From the NCBI GenBank assembly GCA_041481535.1, contig JBGPBZ010000002.1, positions 1-61,636 of the forward strand: 61,636 nt of DNA, read 5' to 3'. This DNA is from Dehalococcoidia bacterium (GTDB lineage: Bacteria > Chloroflexota > Dehalococcoidia > SM23-28-2 > RBG-16-64-32). Of this stretch, positions 1 to 7,869 are shown piece after piece (the stretch's first letter is position 1; every line of letters begins with the position of its first letter). Both the position numbers and the translations under genes were made by a program. Below the pieces are notes generated by a model, which made no database searches, was not told the origin of the DNA, and was given only the letters and a program-made list of their open reading frames with translations.

Positions 1-836
1 GTGTGGGTCTGGATGAAGGCGCGCCAGTCCCGTCCGGCTCCGAGGTGTTCGCCGAGCATGCGGTTGCGGCCGTGCGTACTGAAGCCGGTGGTGATGATGT
101 CGCCGATGCCGGCGAGTCCGTAGGCGGTAGAGACGTGACCGCCAAGGGCCTCGACGATGCGTGTCATCTCATCGAGGGCGACGGTGGCGAGGAAGGCCTT
201 GGAGTTGACGCCGTAGCCGACGCCATCGGACATGCCGAGGGAGATGCAGTAGATGTTCTTGAGGGTGGCGCAGAGCTCGAGGCCAACGACGTCGTGAGTG
301 GTGTCGACTTTCATGTGGTTGTTCTGGATCATCGCCTGGCAGACGGTCTGGGAAGTCGGGTCTGTGACGGCGATGATGACGGCGACGGGGAGACCGCGCG
401 CCATCTCGAGGGCGATGGCGGGGCCGGCCATGCTGCCGACGTAGGGATCGCAGGCGTCGTCGAGCTCGTCGCAGAGGACCTGGCTCATGCGGCGGTGCGT
501 CTCGGCTTCGAGGCCTTTGGCGACGTTGAGGACGACTTGCCGAGGCTGGATGTGCGCGGCGATGTCTTTGGCGAGGCGGCGGACGATCTGCGAGGGAACG
601 CTGACGACGACGAGGCGCGCGCCGGCGATTGCCTTGTCGATCTCCCAGGCTGGTTCGATGTTGCCGTGGAGGGGGACGCCTTCGAGGTACCTGGTGTTGA
701 GGCGGTTGTCGCGGATGTCTTCGAGGACGTCTTCCTCGATGCTCCAGAGCCGGACGGGGTGGCCGTTGCCGGCGATGACCTGGGCGAGGGCGGTGCCCAT
801 GTTGCCAGCGCCGAGGACGGCGGCTGCGTCAGTCAT
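1..836 (-). CDS. gpsA: NAD(P)H-dependent glycerol-3-phosphate dehydrogenase; C-terminus runs off the window start
   Basis: Absent from the ORF track because it runs off the edge. My reverse translation from ATG at 836 gives MTDAAAVLGAGNMGTALAQVIAGNGHPVRLW..., a GxGxxG Rossmann N-terminus with GpsA-like continuation. The + ORF 3..1031 is its antisense shadow. Confidence 0.8.
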   Translation of the reverse strand, partial: MTDAAAVLGAGNMGTALAQVIAGNGHPVRLWSIEEDVLEDIRDNRLNTRYLEGVPLHGNIEPAWEIDKAIAGARLVVVSVPSQIVRRLAKDIAAHIQPRQVVLNVAKGLEAETHRRMSQVLCDELDDACDPYVGSMAGPAIALEMARGLPVAVIIAVTDPTSQTVCQAMIQNNHMKVDTTHDVVGLELCATLKNIYCISLGMSDGVGYGVNSKAFLATVALDEMTRIVEALGGHVSTAYGLAGIGDIITTGFSTHGRNRMLGEHLGAGRDWRAFIQTH

Positions 837-840
837 GTTG

Positions 841-903
841 GGGAGGGTAGCAGGGTGGAGGGTGGAGGGTCGAGGGTGGAGGGTGGAGGGCGGAGGGCGG
901 GAG
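841..903. repeat. G-rich tandem ~7-nt array (GGTGGAG/GGAGGGT units) directly upstream of the gpsA start
   Basis: Read directly: gggagggtagcagggtggagggtggagggtcgagggtggagggtggagggcggagggcgggag. Many GGG runs. Confidence 0.8.
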
Positions 904-912
904 CAAGACGTG

Positions 913-1038
913 GGCTCAGCGCTGCGGCGCTTCGACGGAAAAAGGTAGTCCCCTTCGATTGCGGCTGGCGCCGCGCTCAGGGCATGCTTCGACTGCTCGC
1001 TGCGGCGAGCGCTCGGGATGAGCGGATTTGATTGGAAG
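913..1038 (+). repeat. ~125-bp interspersed repeat, copy 1 (PFDC..AQG..QDER-type element)
   Basis: About 95% identical by eye to 1806..1929, with one indel and a few substitutions. Contains small hairpins (GCTCGC-TGCG-GCGAGC). Confidence 0.85.
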
Positions 1039-1085
1039 ACCGTACGTCAGATGTCGAATTCTTCGATGGGGCCGACTTCGTGGCG

Positions 1086-1136
1086 TCCTTCGAGACGGCC
1101 CTTCGCTGCGCTGCGGCCCTCCTCAGGATGAGCGGA
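1086..1136 (+). repeat. ~50-bp element TCCTTCGAGACG...CTCCTCAGGATGAGCGG, copy a
   Basis: Near-identical core to 52579..52629. The same ...CTCAGGATGAGCGG terminus also occurs near 27066-27090 and 47545-47560. Confidence 0.7.
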
Positions 1137-1140
1137 CTGA

Positions 1141-1644
1141 TCAGATGTCGAAGTTCTCGCACGGCCCCATCTCGTGGCGGAGAACGGAGGTCAGCATGCG
1201 GCGGACGCCGTTGATGTGGGCGAGGTCGTGGGTGGGCCAGTAGTGGATGAGGTTCGAGACGGTGAATTGGCCGAGGGTGTCGTGGTGGGCGGTGCGCTGG
1301 AGCTGGGCGGCGGTGAGGGTGCGGAGCCAGGCGATTGTTTCGGCGCGGGCGGTTTCGAGTTGGTCGAGGAGATTGGCGACGGGGCGGGCTTCGAGGTCGC
1401 TGGCGGCGAGGGTGGCGAGGGGGTCGATGGAGGTGATCGATGGGTTGTCTTCTTCGACCATGCGGTGGAGGCGTGCGGCGAAGACGTGCTCGACGTCGAC
1501 TTCGTGGGCGAGGATGCGCTTCGGTGACCAGCCGCGGTCGAGGTCGGCGGTGAGGATTGAGTCGGGGAGACCGGCGAGGAGGCTGCGGAGGACGTTGGGT
1601 GCGGCTTCGAGGAGGGAGAGGGCGGCGAGTTCAGTGTCGCGCAC
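1141..1644 (-). CDS. DinB-family protein
   Basis: 167-aa ORF with GTG start. Helical-bundle pattern with spaced His residues (ILAHEVDVEH ... HYWPTHDLAH) typical of the DinB_2 family. Confidence 0.7.
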   Translation of the reverse strand: MRDTELAALSLLEAAPNVLRSLLAGLPDSILTADLDRGWSPKRILAHEVDVEHVFAARLHRMVEEDNPSITSIDPLATLAASDLEARPVANLLDQLETARAETIAWLRTLTAAQLQRTAHHDTLGQFTVSNLIHYWPTHDLAHINGVRRMLTSVLRHEMGPCENFDI

Positions 1645-1654
1645 GTTAGTTAAC

Positions 1655-1693
1655 CGCGGATGACGCGGATGGGCGCAGATGGGACGCAGATTT
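1655..1693. repeat. Tandem ~8-9-nt array (CGCGGATG / GCGCAGATG units) upstream of the DinB start
   Basis: Read directly: cgcggatgacgcggatgggcgcagatgggacgcagattt. Related units recur at 16077..16113 and 42186..42220. Confidence 0.75.
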
Positions 1694-1805
1694 GTTCATG
1701 TTAGTTGGATTCGCGAAGGATTCGCGGTGGCACGAGCGCCCCCCGCCCCGCCAGGTCCTTCCTTCGTCTGGATGACGGAAATTGTGTGTGGAGGGTGGGG
1801 CGGGC

Positions 1806-1929
1806 GGCTCAGCGCTGCGGCGCTTCGACGGAAAAGGTAGTCCCCTTCGACTGCGGCTGGCGCCGCGCTCAGGGCATGCTTCGACTGCTCGCTGCGGCGA
1901 GCGCTCAGGATGAACGGATTGAATTGGAG
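1806..1929 (+). repeat. ~125-bp interspersed repeat, copy 2
   Basis: Direct-orientation copy of 913..1038. Together the two copies bracket the DinB gene. Confidence 0.85.
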
Positions 1930-1940
1930 TGCGCTTGTCT

Positions 1941-2672
1941 TCAATCGAAGGTGAAGGTTTTGAGGTCTTCGGCGCAGACGGTGTTTTTGAGGCCGTTGAG
2001 GACGGGTTTGCCGGTCATGTGCGTGAGGATCATCGTCGTGTCGGGGGTGATGCGGTCGCGGACGATCTTGATGTCGTCGAGGCCCATGTGCTCGGGGCCG
2101 GAGCCGTCGTGGTAGGTGCAGTCGACAACGTACACGTCGGCGCCGTCACCAAGGGCAACGACGTCCTCGCAGAACATCGAGTCGCCGGTGTAGGCGATGG
2201 TCTTGTCGCCGATCTGAACGCGGTAACCCAACGCATGGAGACCGTCTTTCTTGACGTGGTTCATCGGGAAGCAGTGGAACTTCAGGCCGGCGGCTTCTTG
2301 CTCGACGCCGACCTGTGCGTCGATGTAGATGCGCTTGTATCCGGCCTCTTTGATGATGTTGGGGTAGACGCGGTGCGCGAAGTCTTCGAGCACGGCCTCG
2401 CAGCCGGGCGGGCCAACGATGTAGAGGTCTTTGGTGCGGTGCGTCATGTAGACGTACTCGAGGAGGAGGAACGGGAGGCCGACGAAGTGGTCGCCGTGGA
2501 AGTGGGTGATGAAGATGACTTCGATGTTCTCCAGCGGGAGGCCCAACCGCTTGAGCTGCGGAAGCATTGTCGGCGGCGCGTCGAACTGGTACTTGCCGTC
2601 GACGATGAACGAACTCCAGTAGCGTCCCTCGGAAGCGAAGGCGTTGCTCGAGCCGAGGAACGTGACGTCCAA
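1941..2672 (-). CDS. MBL-fold metallo-hydrolase
   Basis: 243 aa with the HxHxDH motif (ITHFHGDHF). TTG start lies 2 nt after the upstream CADD-like stop, so the two are probably co-transcribed. Confidence 0.8.
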   Translation of the reverse strand: MDVTFLGSSNAFASEGRYWSSFIVDGKYQFDAPPTMLPQLKRLGLPLENIEVIFITHFHGDHFVGLPFLLLEYVYMTHRTKDLYIVGPPGCEAVLEDFAHRVYPNIIKEAGYKRIYIDAQVGVEQEAAGLKFHCFPMNHVKKDGLHALGYRVQIGDKTIAYTGDSMFCEDVVALGDGADVYVVDCTYHDGSGPEHMGLDDIKIVRDRITPDTTMILTHMTGKPVLNGLKNTVCAEDLKTFTFD

Positions 2673-2673
2673 C

Positions 2674-3372
2674 TTAGGCGGCCACCTGTACGTATTCGCG
2701 GTAGCAGCCGTCGAGGAAGCCCCAGAGAGCGTCGCACGCCTCTTCGGCGGCTTTGGTGGCGGTCTCTTCTGCGCCAGGGGTGTTCTCGGCGTAGCGGGCG
2801 ACCATGTTGCGGGTGACGCGGGAGTGCTCGACGTCGAGGGAGTGGTGGACGACGAAGAAGCGCAGGCCGTCCGGTGAGTTGACGCCGTAGTACTTCTTCA
2901 GGCCCTCCATCTTTGTGCCGGCGACTTCGGGGACCTGCGACTCGTAGGCGTAGAGGGCGGCGATGCCGGCGATGAACGGCGAGTCCTTGGTGATGCGGCG
3001 GAAGGTGTTGTCGATCGCGGTCGTTTCGGGGAGCGGCGTGGCATCGGTCATGTCTTCGCGTTGCAGGCCGAGCGCTTCGCCGAACTTGAGCCAGAGCTCG
3101 GGGTGGTTGTTCGGGCCTTCTTCTTCTTCGCGGAGGTTCTCAAGAAGCTCCTGGCGGTCAGCGAGTTCGTCGCAGTTGGCGTGTGTGCCGGAGACGTACT
3201 TCGGGAAGGCGAGGACGTGGTGGAAGTACTGACAGGTGTAGCCCTTGAGCTCGTCGAGGGTGAGTTCGCCTGCTTGCCAGCGCGTGTAGAACGGGTGCTT
3301 GAGGATGGACTTCTCGGCGATGATGGCGTCGATTCGGTCACAGAGGGCGCTGGGAGTGGTCTGGATGGTCAA
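2674..3372 (-). CDS. CADD-family (PqqC/TenA/haem-oxygenase-like) di-metal oxygenase; putative pABA/folate-related
   Basis: 232 aa. Blocks HPFYTRWQAGELT, FPKYVSGTHANCDE, NNHPELWLKF, AALYAYESQVPEVA and HHSLDVEH resemble Chlamydia CADD/CT610 as I remember it. TTG start is preceded by GAAGGAGAG. Confidence 0.7.
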   Translation of the reverse strand: MTIQTTPSALCDRIDAIIAEKSILKHPFYTRWQAGELTLDELKGYTCQYFHHVLAFPKYVSGTHANCDELADRQELLENLREEEEGPNNHPELWLKFGEALGLQREDMTDATPLPETTAIDNTFRRITKDSPFIAGIAALYAYESQVPEVAGTKMEGLKKYYGVNSPDGLRFFVVHHSLDVEHSRVTRNMVARYAENTPGAEETATKAAEEACDALWGFLDGCYREYVQVAA

Positions 3373-3472
3373 GCGTACTCTCCTTCTGTTCGTGCGATGT
3401 CCATTGATTTATACGTGCGCGGGAGTTGGGTGAGGTGTGACGCGGGTCACACTTTCGGGGTACTACCGCCGT

Positions 3473-3500
3473 ATTCTACCGGACGTTGGCGGACTGTCAA
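3473..3500 (-). promoter_or_regulatory. Sigma-70-like promoter for the CADD-MBL operon (TTGACA-16-TAGAAT)
   Basis: Minus strand reads TTGACAgtccgccaacgtccggTAGAAT, about 100 nt upstream of the TTG start at 3372. Confidence 0.5.
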
Positions 3501-3645
3501 CGAATGGCCTCCACCACGGCGGACAAGTCCGGCGGAACGAATTAACGAATGCGTGGGAAGCAAAAGAGGGCTGGTTTTGAAACCAGCCCTCCTTTTGGTT
3601 GCGGGCGTTGCGGGCGGCCTGAAGGCGCGCCCCTACGTGCGTCCG

Positions 3646-4791
3646 TTAGCGCTTGAGGATGTGGATGGTGCAGGCGGAGCCGAGGCCAATGACGTGGGCG
3701 AGGCCGGTCTTGGCGCCCTTGACCTGGCGCTTCTTGGCTCGCTCGTCTTCGCGGAGGTGCCAGACGACTTCGACGATGTTGGCGACGCCGGTTGCGCCGA
3801 GCGGGTGGCCTTTGGAGAGGAGGCCGCCGCTGACGTTGACCGGGATCTTGCCGCCGTTGTAGGTCTCCTTGTCGTCGATGAGCTTGCCGGCTTCACCTTC
3901 GCCGCAGAGGAAGAGGTTCTCGTAGTGGATGAGCTCGGCTGTCGCGAAGCAGTCGTGAAGCTCGACCATATCGAGGTCTTCAGCGCCGATGCCCGCTGTC
4001 TTGTACGCTTCCTTGGCGGCGTTGCGCGTGCAGGTGTTGATGTCGAACATCGTCGGGTTACGCTCGCTGTAGGGGTCGGAGGTGAGTACGGAAGCGGCGA
4101 CCCAGACGGGCTTCGTCGTGTACTTCTTGGCCTTCTCCGCCGACATGAGGACCGCGGCCGCGGCGCCGTCGCCGGTGGGGCAGCACATGTACAGGGTGTT
4201 GGGCCAGGCGACGACGCGGGCGTTGAGGACTTCCTCAAGCGGGGTCTCCTGCTGGTACTGGGCGTAGGGATTAAGGACGCCGTGCTCGTGGTTCTTGACG
4301 GCGATCTTGGCGATCTGCGCCTGGGTGGTGCCGTACTTGCGCATGTGCTCGACGCCGGCCTGTCCGAAGACGCCGGGCATGAGGCCGGTGCCCATGACGC
4401 CTTCAGTGCTGTAGGCGCGGTCGCCGCCACCGCCAGCACCGAGGAGGCCCATCTTGCCCATCTGCTCGCTGCCGACGGCAAGTGCGATGTCATAGGCGCC
4501 CGACGCGACGGCGTAGTAGGCCTCACGGAAGGCGGTGGAGCCGGTGGCGCAGGCGTTGGCGACGTTGATCACGGGCACGCCGGTGGCGCCGATCTCCTTC
4601 ATGATGCGCTGGCCGATCATGGCGTTGGACTGGTAGAGGTTACCGCTGGCTACGATCTCGATTTCGTTGATGGTGATACCGGCGTCCTTGAGCGCTCCGA
4701 GGGTGGCCTCGGAGGCGAGGCGGACGACGTCTTTGTCCGGGTACCGCCCGAACTTGAGCATGTTAGCGCCGACGACTGCTACGTCTCGCAT
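3646..4791 (-). CDS. Thiolase-family protein (SCP-x/non-specific lipid-transfer-type acetyl-CoA acyltransferase)
   Basis: Thiolase blocks VNVANACATGSTAF, CPTGDGAAA and GHPLGATG. I start at ATG 4791 (MRDVAVVG), which follows GGAGAA. The ORF-track start at 4872 adds an implausible extension. Confidence 0.85.
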   Translation of the reverse strand: MRDVAVVGANMLKFGRYPDKDVVRLASEATLGALKDAGITINEIEIVASGNLYQSNAMIGQRIMKEIGATGVPVINVANACATGSTAFREAYYAVASGAYDIALAVGSEQMGKMGLLGAGGGGDRAYSTEGVMGTGLMPGVFGQAGVEHMRKYGTTQAQIAKIAVKNHEHGVLNPYAQYQQETPLEEVLNARVVAWPNTLYMCCPTGDGAAAAVLMSAEKAKKYTTKPVWVAASVLTSDPYSERNPTMFDINTCTRNAAKEAYKTAGIGAEDLDMVELHDCFATAELIHYENLFLCGEGEAGKLIDDKETYNGGKIPVNVSGGLLSKGHPLGATGVANIVEVVWHLREDERAKKRQVKGAKTGLAHVIGLGSACTIHILKR

Positions 4792-4882
4792 GTGATTCTC
4801 CTTCTTCCTTCCTTGGTAGTTCCCTTTGGCTCGTGTGTGAGTGCAGTTAGTTGCGCCGGTAGGGCGCAGCAAGCTGACGACC

Positions 4883-5323
4883 CTACGATACGAGCTTGTA
4901 CTTCACGGATATGACGTCGTTGCCCTCTTTGTCCTGGGCGTGGACTTCGCTGTACATCTTGACTCGCTTGCCGAACCAGCTCTTGTCGGGCTTGAGCGGG
5001 TCGAGGCCGTCGACGTTAGCCCGCACTGAGACGCCGTCGTCGAGGTCGATGATGGCGGCGACGTAGGGTGTGGGTAGGCCGGGCATGGCCTGGTGGACGA
5101 CCGCGAAGACGTAGATCTCGCCGTCGTCGCCGTAGCGGACTTCTTCGAGCTTGTCCTGGGCGCCGCACTTGGCGCAGGCGATGCGGGCGCCGAGGAACTT
5201 GGCGCCGCAGGCCCCGCACTTCACGCCCCAGAGGTACGGCTGTTCGGCCGGGTATTTATCGGGGATCTTGATGAAGGGGAGGATGGGGACGGTTTTCTTT
5301 TCGGTGGCGGTTTCTTGAGCCAA
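4883..5323 (-). CDS. Zn-ribbon/OB-fold DUF35 protein (thiolase partner)
   Basis: 146 aa with CGACGAKF...CAKCG zinc ribbon followed by an OB-like C-terminus. Classic pairing with SCP-x-type thiolases. TTG start preceded by AAGGAGGG. Confidence 0.8.
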   Translation of the reverse strand: MAQETATEKKTVPILPFIKIPDKYPAEQPYLWGVKCGACGAKFLGARIACAKCGAQDKLEEVRYGDDGEIYVFAVVHQAMPGLPTPYVAAIIDLDDGVSVRANVDGLDPLKPDKSWFGKRVKMYSEVHAQDKEGNDVISVKYKLVS

Positions 5324-5382
5324 AGGCGACCCTCCTTGGTGGGATGTGCGCGCTTCGGCTGTGTGGCCGTGCGAGCGCTCTC

Positions 5383-5412
5383 TATATACGCGAACCTTTA
5401 CGTGCGCGTCAA
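5383..5412 (-). promoter_or_regulatory. Candidate promoter for the DUF35-thiolase operon (TTGACG-18-TATATA)
   Basis: Minus strand reads TTGACGcgcacgtaaaggttcgcgTATATA, about 60 nt upstream of the start at 5323. Confidence 0.4.
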
Positions 5413-5442
5413 GGGTGGAGGGGATCGGGGCCGATTTCGAAT

Positions 5443-6054
5443 TCAGGATTCCGTGACCAGTCCGCGGTCGCGGGCGTCATAGATTATCGATTTGGCGAGG
5501 CGTTCTGTCTGCTGCTTCATTTCTTCTGTGAGGGTGCCGTCAGGAGTGAGCCAACTGACGCTCACAAGGAAGTTCCTATCACCGACGCGAAAAGTCAGCA
5601 CGTAGAACGTAGTGTCTTGCGATTGTTGGCCAATCTGTACCGTAGCGCGTGTTCCATCGAGGTCGACTTCTGGATCATTTTGATCAATGTAAGCCGGCTC
5701 GCGGTACTGCGCGAAGTCCATCCCGTCAGCAACGGCTTCCGTGGCCTGTGGGTCAGGGCGGCCGCCGCTGAACTCGATTACCACGCCGTCGAGGGTGGCG
5801 GCTGTGCCGCACTCTTCGAGGCAGGTCGGAAGAGTCAAACCGGCCGGAAGATAGATGGGCATGGCTGGGATTAGTTTGCCTCCCTCAGCCAGGTTGTCGG
5901 CGAAGTGATGGAGCGCGTCGATTTCGTCCAGGGATTGATTCGAAATTGGAGGGGCTGTCGAATCGTCATCTGAGCAGGAAGCGATGACGCCGATAGCTAA
6001 CGGGACCGGGATCAGAAAAAGGAGCGTCCTGAGCAAAGTGCTTGTACGCAGCAT
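5443..6054 (-). CDS. Lipoprotein of unknown function
   Basis: 203 aa. Signal peptide with lipobox (LAIGVIASC). Visibly lower GC than its neighbours. No family recognised. Confidence 0.6.
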   Translation of the reverse strand: MLRTSTLLRTLLFLIPVPLAIGVIASCSDDDSTAPPISNQSLDEIDALHHFADNLAEGGKLIPAMPIYLPAGLTLPTCLEECGTAATLDGVVIEFSGGRPDPQATEAVADGMDFAQYREPAYIDQNDPEVDLDGTRATVQIGQQSQDTTFYVLTFRVGDRNFLVSVSWLTPDGTLTEEMKQQTERLAKSIIYDARDRGLVTES

Positions 6055-6095
6055 GAAACTATCTACCCCACCACGGGGTGCTGGTCTTCGCGGTC

Positions 6096-6216
6096 CCTCA
6101 CCCCCGTCCCCTCTCCTCCACCGCGCCGGACAAGCGTGCGCGGGCGAGGGGCGATCAGTGTCGATCGGCAGCAGTGCATGATGAGGAGCGGGAGCAGTGC
6201 ATGATGATCATGGGTG
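6096..6216. repeat. ~121-nt inserted element with a CCCTCACCCC...CCCCTCTCC...GCGGGCGAGGGG hairpin repeat, flanked by a duplicated cupin 3' end
   Basis: 6063..6095 and 6217..6249 are near-identical; the 28-nt core has 1 mismatch and both copies include a stop codon. The interior carries the family-B repeat (6094..6152) and a direct repeat gcagtgcatgatga x2. Confidence 0.7.
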
Positions 6217-6522
6217 TCACTCCACCGCGGGGTGCTGGTCTTCGCGGTCAAGCGGTGGGATGGAGAGGGACATGACGAGGGCTTCGGCGGAGACGGCGCG
6301 GATGGCGTGGACTTGGCCGGGCTCGATGCGGACGGTTTCGTAGGGGCGGAGGCGGATGGTCTGGTCGCCGACGCGGGCTTCGACTTCGTGCTCGAGGACG
6401 GTGTAGACCTGGGCGCTTTTCTTGTGAAAGTGGGGGGCGACGCGCTCGTTGGTGAGCATGCGGATGATGCGGATGCTGCACTCGGGCATGAGGGTGTGGG
6501 AGAGGATTTCGTAGTCGCTCAT
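6217..6522 (-). CDS. Cupin-domain protein
   Basis: 101 aa with cupin motifs (APHFHKKSAQVYTVLEH ... PGQVHAI). Confidence 0.7.
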   Translation of the reverse strand: MSDYEILSHTLMPECSIRIIRMLTNERVAPHFHKKSAQVYTVLEHEVEARVGDQTIRLRPYETVRIEPGQVHAIRAVSAEALVMSLSIPPLDREDQHPAVE

Positions 6523-6530
6523 GACGGGGC

Positions 6531-6573
6531 GCCCTCACCCCTGGCCCCTCTCCCGCTGCGGCGGGCGAGGGGC
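6531..6573. repeat. Family-B hairpin repeat (GCCCTCACCCC..CCCCTCTCCC..GCGGGCGAGGGGC)
   Basis: Same motif as at 6094..6152, 11212..11270, 26612..26657 and 46286..46326. Confidence 0.75.
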
Positions 6574-6595
6574 AATCTGTCGAACCGAATGCGAA

Positions 6596-7195
6596 TCATG
6601 GATGCACCTCCGCGAATGTCTCGCGGGCTCGAGCGTAGTCTTCGGGGGTGTTGATGTCGAGGAGGACGATGCCGGAGTCGAAGGGGAGTTCGTGGACGTC
6701 GCCGGCGCGGCGGTGGATGATCTCGCGGAGGCCTTTGGTGGCTTCGTCGACGCGCTTGAGCTCGGGGCCAAGGGAGCCGCAGAGGAGCGCGGGGTGGCCG
6801 CGCTGTCCTTCGAACGTTGGGAGGGTGATGAGCGCGCCGGTAGAGAGGTGGTTTTCGAGGAGGCGGCGGATGACGCCGGCGGGCCGCGGCTGATCGATGT
6901 TGAGGACGATGATTTCGCTAGTGCCGGAGGGGATGGCGAAGGCGCCGGTACGTAGAGATGAGGCGCGACCTTCGGCGTAGTCGACGTTGATGACGGCGGT
7001 GGCGCCGGCGCGCTCGGCGAGGGGGCGGACCTTGCGCGCGGCGTGGCCGAGGACGGCGATGACTTCATCGACGCCGCCTTTGCGGAGCTGGTCGATCTGG
7101 TATTCGATGAGCGTTTCGCCGTTCCAATCGAGCAAGGGTTTGGGCCTGCCCATGCGGCGCGATTCGCCGGCGGCGAGGAGGATGGCGGTGATCAC
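6596..7195 (-). CDS. mocA: MobA-like NTP transferase; probable molybdenum cofactor cytidylyltransferase
   Basis: 199 aa with N-terminal LAAGESRRMG..KPLL motif. Sits in an XDH-family molybdoenzyme operon. GTG start overlaps the upstream stop. Confidence 0.75.
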   Translation of the reverse strand: MITAILLAAGESRRMGRPKPLLDWNGETLIEYQIDQLRKGGVDEVIAVLGHAARKVRPLAERAGATAVINVDYAEGRASSLRTGAFAIPSGTSEIIVLNIDQPRPAGVIRRLLENHLSTGALITLPTFEGQRGHPALLCGSLGPELKRVDEATKGLREIIHRRAGDVHELPFDSGIVLLDINTPEDYARARETFAEVHP

Positions 7196-7866
7196 GCCGG
7201 GTGGGCGGCGGCCTTGCCCGGGTCGCCGTGTGCGGCGTAGGGGTGAAGCGCTTGCTCCGGGATCTCGACGACATCCTTGAGGATATGGATGTCGCGCGCC
7301 GCGGTCTCCGCGATGCCGCGGACGAAGGCCTTCGCGGGGACGAACCGGTCCTGGAGCTCGCTGGAGAGGAGGTTGATGCCGAAGTTACCGTCGATGACGA
7401 CGCCGCGCGGGCGGGCGAGGTCTTGCAACCGCGCGGTGAGGTTGATGAGCTGGCCGCTATAGTCGAGGGTCTTGCCCTGCGACATGAGGCAGCAGGTGGT
7501 GCCGCGGGCGAGGCCGATCCCCATGTTGGTGGGCGTCTCGAAGGTGATCATGGGGTTGTTGCGGGAGAAGGTGGGGAACTCCTCGACGCAGCGGACGGCG
7601 CTGGTCACGGCCTTGCTCATCGTGTCGAGTACGTTGTCGCGGTTGAAGTGGACGGCGATCATGAGGCCGTCGCCGGTCGATTTGTAGAAGGTGCCGAACG
7701 GGAAGTACTCATCGATCATGTGGATGAACACTTCGCGGATGTACGTGGCCACGTCGGGCGATTCGTGGTCGTCGCTGAAGTCGGAGAAGCCGCGAATGTC
7801 GGCGTAGATGATAATCGCGTACTCGGACACGCCGACGGCGTCGTCCAGCCCCTCACGCAAGTTCAT
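7192..7866 (-). CDS. Stand-alone class III nucleotidyl (adenylate/guanylate) cyclase catalytic domain
   Basis: About 224 aa with motifs YADIRGFSDFS, KSTGDGLMIAV, GIGLARG and DYSGQLINLTARLQ. No sensor or effector domain. ATG 7866 is preferred over TTG 7869. Confidence 0.65.
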   Translation of the reverse strand: MNLREGLDDAVGVSEYAIIIYADIRGFSDFSDDHESPDVATYIREVFIHMIDEYFPFGTFYKSTGDGLMIAVHFNRDNVLDTMSKAVTSAVRCVEEFPTFSRNNPMITFETPTNMGIGLARGTTCCLMSQGKTLDYSGQLINLTARLQDLARPRGVVIDGNFGINLLSSELQDRFVPAKAFVRGIAETAARDIHILKDVVEIPEQALHPYAAHGDPGKAAAHPA

Positions 7867-7869
7867 CAA

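Noticed and set aside
1941-3372. pqqB/pqqC pair (PQQ biosynthesis).
   Set aside because: There are no pqqA/D/E genes. The gene order is reversed relative to pqqBC. The oxygenase matches CADD-type blocks (FPKY.S..H..CDE, AALY.YESQ.P) rather than PqqC.
3061-4914. 617-aa + strand ORF, with similar very long ORFs at 3..1031, 7201..8343, 19088..20083, 38073..39686 and 58636..60681.
   Set aside because: Each lies antisense to a gene with clear family motifs (CADD/thiolase, gpsA, cyclase/DinB-SCP2, ACAD, dockerin protein, TPP enzyme). Their translations are G/A/D/V/R/H-rich low-complexity sequence, typical of open antisense frames in high-GC DNA.
7192-7866. Pycsar/CBASS-like antiphage signalling system built around the stand-alone cyclase.
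   Set aside because: No adjacent effector is present (no cNMP-binding, TIR, TM-pore, patatin or nuclease gene). The neighbours are MocA and a DinB/SCP2 protein inside a metabolic operon.
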